Below the pieces are notes generated by a model. It was given only the letters and a program-made list of their open reading frames with translations. It searched no databases and had not been told where the DNA came from. Positions 9,033 through 23,541 of a stretch of 64,000 bases of DNA are shown here, piece after piece. The first letter of the stretch is position 1, and every line of letters starts with the position of its first letter. A program made the translations under genes and the position numbers. This stretch comes from Selaginella moellendorffii (taxonomy: Eukaryota > Plantae > Lycopodiophyta): assembly GCF_000143415.4 (NCBI RefSeq), contig NW_003314265.1, forward strand, positions 2,621,181 to 2,685,180. The letters are read 5' to 3'.

Positions 9033-12000
9033 ATGGGAAATGGGGGCGAGCAGGAGCCGGTCATCCACGACGCCGATTATGTGGAGGCGTTTGAAAGCTT
9101 CCTAGAGGAGAATCACTTGTCGGAGCTGGAGAGGATCTTGCTCCTCGAGGACGAATCCAAGCACTACTCAGTCCATGTCGAGTTCAGTGGTTTGCGACAT
9201 CGTGTTTGAGCCCATTCTCATTTTTTTCCCCTTTGTTACTCAGCTTTGCGGAACTTCTGGAAGCCCATCCCAAGCTTTCTCATGAGCTCTACTTTCAACC
9301 AGGAAAGGTTTTGCCTCTATTCGACGCAGCAGCATTAGCAGTATTGGTAAAGCCTGTGACAGACACTCAGCGATCACACGGCTAACAGCTTCCACTTTGC
9401 AGCAAAAACTGGACAAAGGCAACAAAGTGATGAAGCGCGTTCATGTACGCTTGGTGGTACAGGGTTCCGCTTTGGAACGTCCAGGTACTGCAAGATCTCT
9501 AAAGCTGATTGCTACTGGAGAAATCTAACTTTGTTTTTCCACAGAAGTAAATCCAAGCATTGGACGCATCAGAGTGAAGCATCTTGGAAAACTTGTAACT
9601 CTGAAAGGAACAATAATCCGTTCAGGTGGCGTCAAGATTCTCGAGGGAGAGCGCGAGTACGAGTGCACAAAGTGCAAGCACAGGTTTTTGTCGACCTTCT
9701 AGCGGGCCGTGACTTATGATCTTGTTGTTTTCAGTTTTAAGTTGTTCCCGGAGCTGGAAACTGGCAGCGGCGTTGAGCTGCCACGAAGGTGCCCCTCTCA
9801 GGTGAATGGTCAGACCTTCGATTCATAATCGCTTACATGTAAGTCACAGAGAACAAAGCCATGTACTGGTTCAACCTTCCGTTGCATAGAGGACTCGAAA
9901 GTTTCCCATGACTATCAGGAGATCAAAATGCAAGAGAATCTGCAAACGCTTGGTGTCGGCTCTGTTCCACGGTCTATTGTTGCTATTTTACAGGATGATC
10001 TCGTAGACACTGTCCAGGCCGGAGGTATGGACACAGTCATATACCATCATATTAAGTTTTTCATGCAGATGACGTTGTTGCAACTGGGGAACTTTTCTCC
10101 CGATGGCGGCGAAGCTGTAAAGATGCCCGTTGCGATATTGAAATAATGCTCAGGGTCCACTATGTGCGGTACGAAGCTGCTTTTGCTACCTCTAACCTTC
10201 TTAGAGCTTATTGCTGGCAGGAAAGCAAATGACTTGAAGGCGGCAGTCGACGTACCTGAAGATGTTATCCACCAATTTGAGCAATTCTGGAAGGAATTCG
10301 AGAGAGCGCCATTCAAAGGTTTGAATATCTTCCAGCGACTTCCTCATTACTTTGGTTTTTGTAGGAAGAAATGCCATACTACAGAGCATATGTCCTCAGG
10401 TGTATGGGCTCTTCACCGTAAAGCTAGCGGGTATCTATGTGCATTCTTACTTACGAAGAAAACTTTGTAAATGTTCGTCTTCGGCAGTTGCCTTGACGTT
10501 GGTTGGTGGAGTTCAGCGTGTAGATTCTTCTGGAACTCGTATACGAGGAGAATCACACTTGCTTCTTGTTGGAGACCCGGGTACGTTGAGTTCATGAGTT
10601 TCTTTTTTCTGCTTACAGTCTTCTAATATTTTAGGCACTGGGAAGTCTCAGTTTCTAAAATATGCAGCTAGATTGAGTCATCGCTCGGTTGTGACAACCG
10701 GTCTAGGAAGCACCAGTGCAGGGCTTACGGTAACAGCAGTTAAAGATGGAGGTGATTTTTCTTGCTAAGAGCAATGTGATACTCACGTTTCTCAAACAGG
10801 AGAATGGATGCTCGAAGCTGGGGCACTGGTTTTAGCGGACGGTGGACTATGTTGCATTGACGAATTTGACAGGTTTGATCTTGGCGTGCGTATTTACGAG
10901 TGCCGAAATTTCAATCAGCAGCATTCGAGAAGCAGACAGAGCCACAATTCATGAAGCTATGGAACAACAGACACTCAGTGTTGCAAAGGTCAGAGAGTGA
11001 TTATTTCCATCGAAGAAGTGTTAATGAGTTGCATATAGGCTGGGCTCGTGACAACGCTTAACACAAGGACGACTGTTTTCGGTGTAACCAATCCTAAGGG
11101 CCAATATGACCCTCTGCAGCGTATGTTTTTCTCTAGACCATGAAACTAACGCTTATGGACAATCCATTTTCAGCTCTTTCCGTGAACACCACCTTGTCTG
11201 GGCCACTCTTGAGTCGTTTTGACATCGTTTTGGTGCTTCTTGATACTAAAAACCCAGAGTGGGACACCATTGTCTCTTCTCACATTTTATCCGAGGTTTG
11301 TGGCCCTTAGATTGTTTTTCTTTAGCCTAGGCCGTGAGTAATCCGTGTCCACAGCATATGAAGCAAAAATCGGTGAACTGTGTCAGCAATCTCACGGGTT
11401 TTTGGACACTGGCAATGCTGAGGAGGTAATACATTTCCTGTTGGTCTGCTGAAACAAATTCATTAGCAGGTACATTCTTTATGTGAGGGACCACATTCGT
11501 CCTGTTCTTACGGCCGAAGCCGAGAAGATCATCATCAGTTACTATCAGCTCCAGCGGAGAGCAGGCGCTCAGAATGCAGGTGCTGTTACCTTCATCTTCA
11601 GAAGGAGCATGCTCAGGCTATGATTTTGTTGCTAGCAAGGACGACCATAAGGATGTTGGAAAGCCTGATAAGGCTCGCACAAGGTAAATACCAAGTTGAT
11701 CAGGGATGATGAAGGATGCGATAACGGTGTTGCAGCGCATGCGAAGCTTATGTACCGGCGACAGGTTACCAGAGCAGATGCTATTGCGGCGATTGTGTGC
11801 GTAGAATCGTCGATGACAACGTCTGCTATTCTGGACAACGTTGGGAACGCACTGCATTCAACGTTCTCGGAGAAGCCGGACGCAGAGTGTAAGCAAGCGT
11901 GCCTGTTTGCGGCTGTTTTTGGTTGTAAAGAGCTTTTCAGACACGGAGCTAGAGCGCAAGATACTGGTTGCACTTGGTCTGAATCGGCAGGATCCCTCCA

Positions 12001-12101
12001 ACAGAGGGCCCGTCATGCAACGCTGCTCCAGCTTGCTGAATCAAGTGGATACGGAAGCTGGGATTATATTCCCTACCCAAGGTCATCAAGGTCCTCAATA
12101 A
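9033..12101 (+). CDS. MCM9: DNA helicase MCM9 (about 20 short exons)
   Basis: [24 protein letters not shown] (Walker A), GLCCIDEFD (Walker B), [33 protein letters not shown] arginine finger; [14 protein letters not shown]; short MCM9-type N-terminus. Confidence 0.92.
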
Positions 12102-12189
12102 ACTATTGTGGCATTTCTGGGTCGACTTTTAAGTTACAGCACTGTGAGAGTTTTTTTCTATCAATTAAAACAAATAAATAAGATGGGTT

Positions 12190-13490
12190 CTAATCAATTA
12201 GAAATTTTTTGGTTTTTCGTTTTTGTTTTTTCTTGGATAATAATTTCTTTTCAGATATAAGTAGTTAATTTTGTCAAAATTTACATAAGGTAGTTTTACT
12301 AATTACCTAGTAAATTTTCTATTTTTTTTCTATATCTCATACGTTAAAAGTATAAATTATGTTCAATTTAATATGTTTATCTAGAAATTGACAAATATAC
12401 AAGTTTCTCTCTATACAAATAAATTGTGTTAAGAAAATTATATTCAATAATTTTTTTCCTTAAAATTTATATAATTATTTATAATTTTTATTCAATAATA
12501 TAAATCTCTTGTACTTGTTTGAAATATTACACATATAGTTTATGTTTTATAAAATAATGTTTAAGAGGATTTTTAATAAGAAAAAAAAATAAAAGTATAA
12601 AATTTAAATGATAAAATTCATATGAGATAATTTTTTTTTATTTTTACACATTTATATTTTTAATAACTTAAGTAAAATACTATAATTAAGTAAATACAGT
12701 AAACAAAGTTTTGTAACAAAAGATATAGATTATGTGTGGCTAATTATTTTTTCAACTAGCATTTTTATAAAAAAATATAGTTATTTTTTAATTATAAATA
12801 TAAATAGCAGTTTAACCAATAATTTAATCAAGGTTGGAATAAGAAAATTATATATCTATGTATTTATAATATTATAGAGTTTATATTATTTAAATAATTT
12901 ATGCTAAAATCATAAATTTCACTCAACAATGCCATTGTTAAAAGAACATCTATATAGTTACCTTTGAGTTAAAAACTAAATAAATATATAAATTAAAATA
13001 AATTTTTCAATAAAATAATATGTTTTATTTTTATCACCTTTTGAAATTCAAATGATCAAATAAATGGAAAATAGTAAACAATTAAAAAGATAAAATTCCA
13101 AATTAAAATATTTATTTTCAATCAATTAAGGGTATTTAAAAAGTGGAATTGAAGTGTTTATGAGTTTATTTAATTTTCTAGGAAGTCTAGATTGATGAAC
13201 ATTTGCATCACATCTAGTGTAAATCCAACAACTCTCTTTAATAAATAAATTTAGAGCTTTTTTAATTATAATTATAGTTATATCTAAAATGTTCTTAAAT
13301 ATTTTGAGATATTCTACCATCTAATGGTTGTTATTCACTTTGATTAATCTTGTTTTTATAATTTATAAATTTTCCTAAACTTTTCTTAATATATTCTATT
13401 TTATTCTACCAATAAGATTAATCTAATAGTATATTTATAATATTATTTTTTATTGATCAATTGAATTAATAAAAAATACTGAATAACTGA
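12190..13490. other. Extremely AT-rich non-coding tract
   Basis: Almost pure A/T runs, very few CG dinucleotides, no credible ORF. Confidence 0.8.
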
Positions 13491-14707
13491 AAATAAATGA
13501 AGCATGGAAGGCCACATGAGGCACTAGCAGATATAAGACTGGAGCAGGGGAGGAAATAGCACGGCAGGGAATCCTTTAGAGTTAGGTCCATAATCGAGCT
13601 AATCCAAAATGCAAGTACCTGAAGAAGAGGAAACCAAAAACTTGTGATCTTGCCAGTACCTGCCAAACATTCTTCTTTAAAGAAAAGTTCATCCAGGATA
13701 GCTATGGATCCCAAAAGCTTGGAACTTATGTGTGGAAGTGGAAAAGAAGATATATAGCATGCTTTGATCAATGGGCATGGCTGTGGCAGGAAGTGAGCCA
13801 TGGCACGCTAGTCATTCTTGTGTCTATCCTGAGTATGGGAGCAACGCAGGTCCATTCCTTTTGGAGTTGTGGATGATGATAGGAGCAGGCTGAAAGGTGA
13901 TCTATCCAAGCTTTGCCTTGTCTATAATCTCGCAGGATTCTAGAGATAAAAAGGGGCTTTCCAAAATTTTGTCACTCTCATTTTTTTAACTGTTCTTCTT
14001 TTGCAACAGTTACTGTGACAACTTTTGGCCGGTGAAATAGGTCCAAACACACTTTGAGTTGATAGAGCTCAAGTGGGTATAAACCTGTCGACTTAATGAC
14101 CTCTCTAGCCCTTGCACAATGTTAAACATTTTTTTGCTGTGTGCTTTCAAGAATCTCTAATGAACTCATTGTGTCTCTTAATGATTCTTTTGCAAGTATC
14201 ATACATTGATAAACTCCTTTCTAAAAGCTTCGCATTTGCCACCTTTGCTACAAAGGTGTCTAACATAGTAGGCATCCAGCCCCTATCACGTAGCGACAAT
14301 CTTACATGAATGAATAGCTGGGTGAAAGGTTTTAGTTTAGCAAGTTCCTCACTAGAATGGGAAAGGGAGTCCACTTTCCAGCTTTTTCTACACACTCTTG
14401 AGACTCAACAAACTGCTTTGCAGAAAAATGGGGACATATCATCAAAGAACCTGTAAATCAATCATTCCACTAATGTCTTGGGCACTTGCATTCAACAATA
14501 GGATTGACAACACATGCTTGATGTGGTGTGATTTAGCCAATATGAAAACATTTTAGATTTAAAATAGGTTATGGATAATGCTATAATTAAAAATTTGAAC
14601 CATAGAATATGCTTAAAAATTATTTTATCTTATTTTTCTAGTTTGGTCCAACCTTTCAAAGTAATAGGAAAAAAGAATGAGAAAAATGTTTGAGTACCAC
14701 TTCGGTT

Positions 14708-16090
14708 TTAGCTTACTCTCCTCGTCTTCCTCTTCCTCTTGCTATCAGGCGTCCTGAGCATCTGGCTCTGGACGTTATACCTCTCGCGCTGGAACGCCTG
14801 GAACGCATCGCACGCCGCCTCCAGATGCTCATACTTCTTCACGTACACCCGGACGATCCTCTGCGGCACGTCGTGCCCAGCATAACTCCTCCCCACCTCC
14901 TCTGCCTTGAGCTCCAGCTTCTCCGTGCTGCCATAGCCTTTGAAGAAGTGCACGCCCTCCAGGAGATCGCTCTTCCCGCAAGCATCGTCAATCTTGACGT
15001 TGCTCACCACGATGTCGTCCCTCTGGAGAACGCCACCCTTGGCGTAGCAGAGGATGTCCTCGGCCGTCACAGCACTAAACCTCTCGGCGTGCTCCGCCGG
15101 GACCTTGAGGCTGTCGCAAAACTGGTACAGCTCTCGCCCCCGCCGCCGCATCCTCCACACCAGCTTCCTCGACGCCTCCAGCTCCGGCTCGTCCGACGTC
15201 TCGATCGCCTTGAGTAACGAGTCGTCCAGCTTCCAGAAGCTGGCCGGGTCGTCCACCATCCCGGAGATGCCCAGGAAGCCGTCCGCCATCACCAGCGCGT
15301 CCGCCAGCATCAGCTCCATGGCCTTCACCTTGGGATGCGTGTAAACCTCCCGGAAGAGGTTCCCCCTCGTCACAAACAGCTCGCAGATGGTGGCGGCGAC
15401 GTTGGAGCGGAAGCAAATCTCGTTGTCGATCACCCGCATGCTGTCCATGAGCCGGCAAACCTTGAACGTCCCGGGCTCCAGGCCGCAGGCGCGGGTGTCG
15501 CGGAGGATATAGTCGAACTTGTCCACGTCGATGCCGTTGCGCCCGTTGGCGACGATGTCGTAGAGGAAGGCCTTGTCGCCCTGCGGCGCGCCGCGCTCCG
15601 AGCTGCACAGGATCATGTCCTTGACGCGCTTGAGCACCCCGGCGTCCACGTCGATGTAGTTCCTGTCCACGATGAAGTCCACCATCTTTCCGGACATGGC
15701 CTCGTGGTGCCACTTGAGCAGGCCGGCGCCGATCCTGGGCAGGAACTCGTTCTCGAAGACGTGGCTGAAGGGGCCGTGGCCGACGTCGTGGAGAAGACCC
15801 GCCAGCCCCACGGACGTGAGGTCCGACTGCTCCAGCTCCAGCTCGGGCCAGCAGCTGTCCAGGTTGAAGACGGTGGCGCGCGCGAAGTTGTAGACGCCGA
15901 GCGAGTGCTCGAGCCGCGAGTGGGTCGCGCCGGGGTAGACGAGGTTGCACAGGCCCAGCTGCTTCACATCGCGCAGGCGCTGGAACTCCACCGTGTCGAT
16001 GAAGTCCTGCGCGAGCGGGTCGATGTGGATGTTGTCATGGACGTTGTCGAGGACGTCTTTCTCGTCGGACCTGTTGCGGCGGAGCGGCAT
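14708..16090 (-). CDS. HD-domain dNTP triphosphohydrolase, SAMHD1/VENOSA4-like, intronless
   Basis: [65 protein letters not shown]; the H..HD..D metal ligands are intact. Confidence 0.93.
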   Translation of the reverse strand: MPLRRNRSDEKDVLDNVHDNIHIDPLAQDFIDTVEFQRLRDVKQLGLCNLVYPGATHSRLEHSLGVYNFARATVFNLDSCWPELELEQSDLTSVGLAGLLHDVGHGPFSHVFENEFLPRIGAGLLKWHHEAMSGKMVDFIVDRNYIDVDAGVLKRVKDMILCSSERGAPQGDKAFLYDIVANGRNGIDVDKFDYILRDTRACGLEPGTFKVCRLMDSMRVIDNEICFRSNVAATICELFVTRGNLFREVYTHPKVKAMELMLADALVMADGFLGISGMVDDPASFWKLDDSLLKAIETSDEPELEASRKLVWRMRRRGRELYQFCDSLKVPAEHAERFSAVTAEDILCYAKGGVLQRDDIVVSNVKIDDACGKSDLLEGVHFFKGYGSTEKLELKAEEVGRSYAGHDVPQRIVRVYVKKYEHLEAACDAFQAFQRERYNVQSQMLRTPDSKRKRKTRRVS

Positions 16091-16206
16091 GGCGCTGGCG
16101 AGCAGCAAGAGAAGAACCCTAACTGTGTGGAGCCATCGCCGTCGCTGCTCTAAGAATAGCTGACATGGAGCCGGATATGGTTGAGGAAAGAAAGGAACTT
16201 TACTTC

Positions 16207-17121
16207 TTATTTCTTGCGAGCAATGCTGTTGGATAACGAGAGCGCTTTCGAGACGGACAGAAGCTGGACCAAAATCCCTGAAACACAGGAAAGAAAGATT
16301 TTTTCAGTCAGTCGATACGGAGGAACGACAGGGGCGAAAGAATAAACAAACAGACCAATGGCTTCTTGGACGGCTTCGAGGCTAACGAGGATGACTTTGT
16401 TCCTGTTTTCCTTGCTGCTCTTCTGCCACTCGTCCGACCACTGCTAGCAGACAAGAAGGATTTTTCACGTCGAGCTTGGTATTAGGCAAATCTAATGAAA
16501 TCCAAACCTCTGCGAAGAAACGGCCAGAGATGATCGGGAGCAGCGAGAGCGAGATGGAAGTCCCCGTGAGGAGCAAGTAGAGCTTGAGCAAATGGGGCGA
16601 AGCACCAGTTTTCAGAGCTACCAAAGCAACCACGATCAAAACAAGAAAAGAGAGAGAGAGAGAGAGAGAAAGAAGTCCGAAGAGAAGTTCTTACCGAGCG
16701 TTCCAACGAGGACAGAAGCTCCCCCAAAGATACACGCACACACGGTGGTCATTTCAAGCGGCTCGCCATTGAGAGTCATGAGAGTCGACCATAGAGCCTT
16801 GAACAACACAAACGCTGTCTGGATCAACGAAAAAATACATTAGAAGAAACCAGAGAAATCTCTCTCGAGAAAGAACAATGGAGCTTCTTTTTCACCTGGA
16901 TGGCCACAAATCTCCGCAAATGCATACGAGCATGCGCAGCTCTCCGGTACTCTACAGTGAAAAATCGATCGATCGATGAGATTGCGCCATGAGATCGAAG
17001 CAAGAAAGAGATCCAGCGCTCGCTGCTGCTACTTACTGTCGTCCACGGTCATGCGATAGGAGAAATCCGATCCATCGGTGCCGACCGGCCGCACGGCCGA
17101 GCCACCGCGCCTCATCGACAT
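16207..17121 (-). CDS. Jagunal homolog (ER membrane protein), ~6 short exons, not captured as one ORF in the track
   Basis: Exon 1 MSMRRGGSAVRPVGTDGSDFSYRMTVDD carries the jagunal GTDGSDF signature; later exons encode TM helices; ends ...SIARKK* (dilysine-like). Confidence 0.85.
16647..16668. repeat. (AG)n microsatellite in a jagunal intron
   Basis: agagagagagagagagagaga. Confidence 0.85.
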
Positions 17122-17150
17122 CCGGCTACCTAAAGAAGTGGATAAACAAA

Positions 17151-17160
17151 TTTAGGGTTT
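17151..17160 (-). promoter_or_regulatory. Telo-box (AAACCCTA) between divergent jagunal and PPD genes
   Basis: TTTAGGGTTT; similar boxes at 20211 (eIF5A), 37688, 40745, 53411 and 53504 (LSm4). Confidence 0.6.
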
Positions 17161-17168
17161 ATGCGAGA

Positions 17169-18382
17169 ATGGGCACTATCATCGCTCTCACGCCCAGCGG
17201 ATTTCTCTGCCGGGACACGAAGCGGGATCCCTGTGTGTGTCCGATGTCTGTGCATTCTCCTCATCACGCCGCGCAATCCGTGAGACTTTCACGCCGAGGA
17301 TTTGGAGTCCAGCTCGTGTTGTTGCCGAGTCTCTGGATGCAAATGCCAATGCCAGCAGCTGCGTTGGAGCAAGAGGAGCTAAACATCCCAAGTAAGTAGA
17401 GTAGCTAGCCTTTCTTCTGGCATTCTAGAAGGAAAAAAACGAGGAAACAATGAAAATTCTACTGGTTTGACAGAGAAGAATGATCCAAATTCTTGGGACG
17501 AGTACCAAGGGGATGGATTTGGCGTGAAAATTCCTCCAGGTTTCGAAGATACTCTGGAACCCGATGTAAGTTTGGAGTTTGCTGGAAAAAGAATTCTAGT
17601 TCTAACATGCTGCTATGCTGCTACGAGAATGGCAGGAGTTTCCTATAGGAGAAGTTCCTTTGTATGGCAATCGTGCAAAGCCCAAGGTTTTTGCAGCGCG
17701 TTTTGCTTCTCGTGACGGGTTTGTTCACTACTTCTTTCTTGGAAATCTTTCGTTTTTAGTTTTTCTTTTCATTCCTGTTTGGTTCTCAATCAGGGAAGAG
17801 TTTGTGAGCGTGGTAATTCGTCGGGCTTCGCAGCTCAAGGCTACATTTTTCGAGGTAACGAATACTGGGGTTTTGTGTTACCACTGCTGCTAAGGTGTGA
17901 TAGCAATAGTTCCTTTTGGTGTAGGCTAAGAGCATCACGGACCTTGGGAAAGTTGACGACATTGCGAAGCTATTTCTTCCTGGTCGGTCACTGCAAGTTT
18001 CTCTGTTTGTTTCTCCGCTTTGTTGATCGTTTGTCATTTCTTTTGTTTGTTTACAGTCGGTGCAAGGCTCACTGCCGCCTCGTCCGTGACCTCCGAAGCT
18101 CAAAGGTTTTGTATTCCATCGTGGATATTTTTTTATTTTTTTGTAACACTGACTGGTGCCACTGCAGAGTATACTATCTGTACGAGTACTTGGCAGGAAG
18201 CAAGCATGTAATCGTGTCCGCTGCAGCCCAGAGCGGTCGGGTAAGGTTTTGAATCGAAGTGTTGGTCGCTCTCAATGGAATCTGTCCAGATTTTTGTTGC
18301 TGCCGCTACTGCTCCTCAGTCGAGGTGGAAAAAAGATGGTCGTTTTCTGAGCTCTGCTGCTGCGTCATTCTATCTTTTGTGA
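17169..18382 (+). CDS. PsbP domain-containing protein (PPD2-like), thylakoid lumen
   Basis: Twin-arginine signal SRRGFGVQLVLL..AAA; YQGDGFGVKIPPGFED, KPKVFAARFASRDG, VYYLYEY, IFVAAATAPQSRW..LSSAAASFYLL*. Confidence 0.85.
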
Positions 18383-18546
18383 GGGAGTACTCGTGACTTT
18401 CTTCAGTTTTTAGTCTCCACTTGAATCTGGATACTAATTTCTTCTCAACTTTAGTGCATCACTAGGATGACCGAACTGCATTCAGGTATGACAGACATCT
18501 CACAATCAACATAATGAGTTTTTTTGTATTTTCCTTCTTGGCAGTC

Positions 18547-19779
18547 TCAAAATCTCCAAAACCTTCTCGTCCTTGCTCGCGCATTGCTCGCTTGAGCTGC
18601 CTTCGCTCTCGCTCTCCGTTCAGCAGCAGCTCTTCTCACGAGGTACTTACGTTGAAAGTATATGATCCAGGTCACAACCTCCATTACCAGGCTCACAGCT
18701 CCCAGAGAAATCACCACTGCGATGAAAGCCGTCTTAAATTTCGCTGCCGGCTCGAGGATGCTGAGGCCGATGAAAACGTTCACCACACCGAGCACAAGCG
18801 TCGTATAGCCGATCGATTGGTGGTATATGTTCCACAAGAAGCGGATCTTTTCGTATGGCTTGGGCCTCACCAGCAAAGCTATGACTTGCAGCGTTCCTCC
18901 GGCAAAGATGGCGTATCCGATGTTCCGGTGCGTTTCGTAGACGTTCCCGGACCCCGATTCGAGCTTTAGTCCGAGAACCCAGCCAGCCACCCCGACTCCG
19001 TAGGCCGGGATCTGGATCATCAGGTGGAGATAGAACCAAGCTCCGCTAGGTGACGTGAACGGGCGAAGATACCGAGCTGCCATCACTCCGACCGGGATGG
19101 CGATCCCCCAGGCAGCTCCACTCAGCAGCGCATGGGTGTTCTTGAGCCTCTGCCTCGGAGTGAGCTTGGAAACCAGGGGCTGGGCCACGGAGTCCTTCTT
19201 CGACATATCGATCCTCCTGAGCGACACCAAGTTGGCCTTTTTGAAGTCGTGGGACTGCGGAGAATCGCCGAGAACCTGGTCGCCAAAGTTCCAGACGTGG
19301 TTCATCGTGGTGCTGCTGCTGTTGGTCAGAGGGATGGTTGCAAAGATGGTGACGACGGTTCCTTCCATGGTCACGGACTGGTTCTGGAATGGAACTTCGG
19401 TCTGTTCTTGGGGGCTGAGAGAGATATCGTCGTCCTTGACTTGCCTGGAGACCGAGTAGCTGTGGAGCTGTGCTCCTTGCGAGCTCTGGAAGGCGATGAG
19501 AGCGCTGGTACCGGACATCTCCAACGAGTGGGGATTTATCCCCCAGCCCAGCCAGCCAGTCCGAGCTGGAAGGGCCCCGGTTACCGCCACCTCGAGCACG
19601 CTTTTCCTCGATGGATCATCGTCCCCGTGGAGTGTCCAAGCGATGGTTACTCGCTCGTCCAGACCGTGGCATACCTCAAAGTTCTTGAGAGCTGAACAAG
19701 GATCGCCCGCCACTGCTGCTACTGCTACTGGGAAAACTATCAGGAAGAACACCAGCAAAATTCGATCGACCTCCTCCAT
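18547..19779 (-). CDS. DOMON + cytochrome b561 domain protein (CYBDOM), intronless
   Basis: Signal peptide; GWLGWGINP..MSG DOMON heme Met; NHVW; KNTHALLSGAAWG, WFYLH, HRNIG, WNIYHQSIGY heme His residues. Confidence 0.93.
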   Translation of the reverse strand: MEEVDRILLVFFLIVFPVAVAAVAGDPCSALKNFEVCHGLDERVTIAWTLHGDDDPSRKSVLEVAVTGALPARTGWLGWGINPHSLEMSGTSALIAFQSSQGAQLHSYSVSRQVKDDDISLSPQEQTEVPFQNQSVTMEGTVVTIFATIPLTNSSSTTMNHVWNFGDQVLGDSPQSHDFKKANLVSLRRIDMSKKDSVAQPLVSKLTPRQRLKNTHALLSGAAWGIAIPVGVMAARYLRPFTSPSGAWFYLHLMIQIPAYGVGVAGWVLGLKLESGSGNVYETHRNIGYAIFAGGTLQVIALLVRPKPYEKIRFLWNIYHQSIGYTTLVLGVVNVFIGLSILEPAAKFKTAFIAVVISLGAVSLVMEVVTWIIYFQRKYLVRRAAAERRARAKAAQASNARARTRRFWRF

Positions 19780-20255
19780 ACTCGAGAGGAGTTCCACTTC
19801 GTGCTTGCTCGATAGATGGAGAGAGAAAGAGAGAGAGAGAGTGAAAGATTTATCTTTTCAAGTCTGGAATTCGCGTCGTTTAGTTTGCTACAGAGATCTT
19901 GGAACGTCTGTGAACCAATTCTTGCTCGTCGAGTTTGTCCCAAACAAAACCAAAGAGGTTTTTCTCTTCTAGAAAATACCACCAGCCCGGGATATAAAGT
20001 TAAGCAAAGTGCAATCGTGTTACACTAATCTAATGAAGGTTATAGTTGTCCACGTGGCATACTGTAGGGGCAGCCGTTAGATCCAGCAATCCGAGGGCTC
20101 CGGCTGTGCAGAATCGTCGCCGCCCGTCCGGGCATCGGGCGGGCATCGGGCGGCCCACATTTGTTAAGGGCTCGTGTGACGTGTTTGGTTTTCTTCTCTC
20201 CTTTTCTGTGAAACCCTAGAGTTAGGGTCCGTGCGGCAATTGCAGGGCAGCGGCG

Positions 20256-21088
20256 ATGTCGGACGAGGAGCATCACTTCGACAACAAGGCGGACGCCGGC
20301 GCCTCCAAGACCTATCCCCAGCAGGCCGGGACGATCCGCAAGAACGCCTACATCGTGATCAAGCAGCGCCCCTGCAAGGTAACTCCTCCGATCCGCCGCT
20401 CGCCAGATCTCGATCCGCCGCCTAGGGCTCTGGAGCGTGATCAGCTCGGCTGGATATTTTGTTTTGCTTACGCGCGGCCGCATTTAATTTCTCGCTAATG
20501 CCCGGCTACTCGCAGGTTGTTGAGGTGTCTACTTCCAAGACTGGCAAGCACGGCCATGCGAAGTGCCATTTCGTGGGCATCGATATCTTCACCGGGAAAA
20601 AGCTCGAGGATATTGTCCCATCTTCCCACAATTGCGATGTGAGTTTCTCTAGTTCTTTTGCTCCCTTTTCAACGCATTTTGATCCTCGCGGTCTCTCCTC
20701 TGCTTTCCCAGGTTCCGGAAGTCACTCGCACCGACTACCAGCTGATTGACATCTCGGAAGACGGATTTGTATGACCAAAGCTCCCACTTTTATGATTCAT
20801 GCCTTGCCTTTTTCTTATCTTTTCGTCATTGTGTGATCCAGGTGAGTCTCCTCACCGAGAATGGTGACACCAAGGACGACCTCCGCCTTCCAACTGATGA
20901 TCAGCTCAACGCCCAGGTGAGCGTCACGAATCACTTTTGCGAAAGAACACTTTCGTGTGTGTATCTAAAGGGCTTTGCCACCGCAGATTTCTTCTGGCTT
21001 CCATGACGGCAAGGATCTCGTTGTGACAGTCATGTCCGCTCTCGGGGAGGAGCAGATTTGCGCCCTCAAGGACATCGGGCCCAAGTAG
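20256..21088 (+). CDS. eIF5A: Eukaryotic translation initiation factor 5A (5 exons)
   Basis: [19 protein letters not shown]; hypusine motif [12 protein letters not shown]; ends ALKDIGPK*. Confidence 0.98.
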
Positions 21089-21484
21089 AAGCGCTCCAAC
21101 GCAAGCACGAAGCCGAGGACCACTGGTTTTGTACCTCCTTAAAAGTCATTTTACTCTATAGTTCGTTCGTTTTTCCTTGCAACTCTGTTGTAACCAGTGG
21201 GGAACGTTTTTTTCCAAAGTAGGGGAGTTTGGGTCGGCTACTATTTGTATGCTTTGACGACCTGGAAAAAATTCTATTTATTCATTGCCAGCTTCTTATC
21301 TCTTCCAGGGTGTGCGTGTGCTTTTGTGCCTTTTGGTCGAACGAGAGAGGCTGCCTTCTCTCTGGGGACCCGTGTCAAAGCCTTAAAAAATGGTTGTTTT
21401 TTTCTTCCTTTTTACTCGTTTCGCTTCGTTTCGTTGAGCTAACGTTCATGCTTATATTGACTTCGCTGTTTGCAGGGTGGCTCT

Positions 21485-23541
<2,057 letters not shown>

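Noticed and set aside
13466-14500. Short ORFs in a moderately GC segment next to the AT-rich tract
   Set aside because: May be decayed coding sequence, but I could not identify any motif or consistent exon chain
15075-16153. 291 aa (-) and 272 aa (+) ORFs overlapping the SAMHD1-like gene
   Set aside because: Alternate-frame and antisense shadows caused by high GC3
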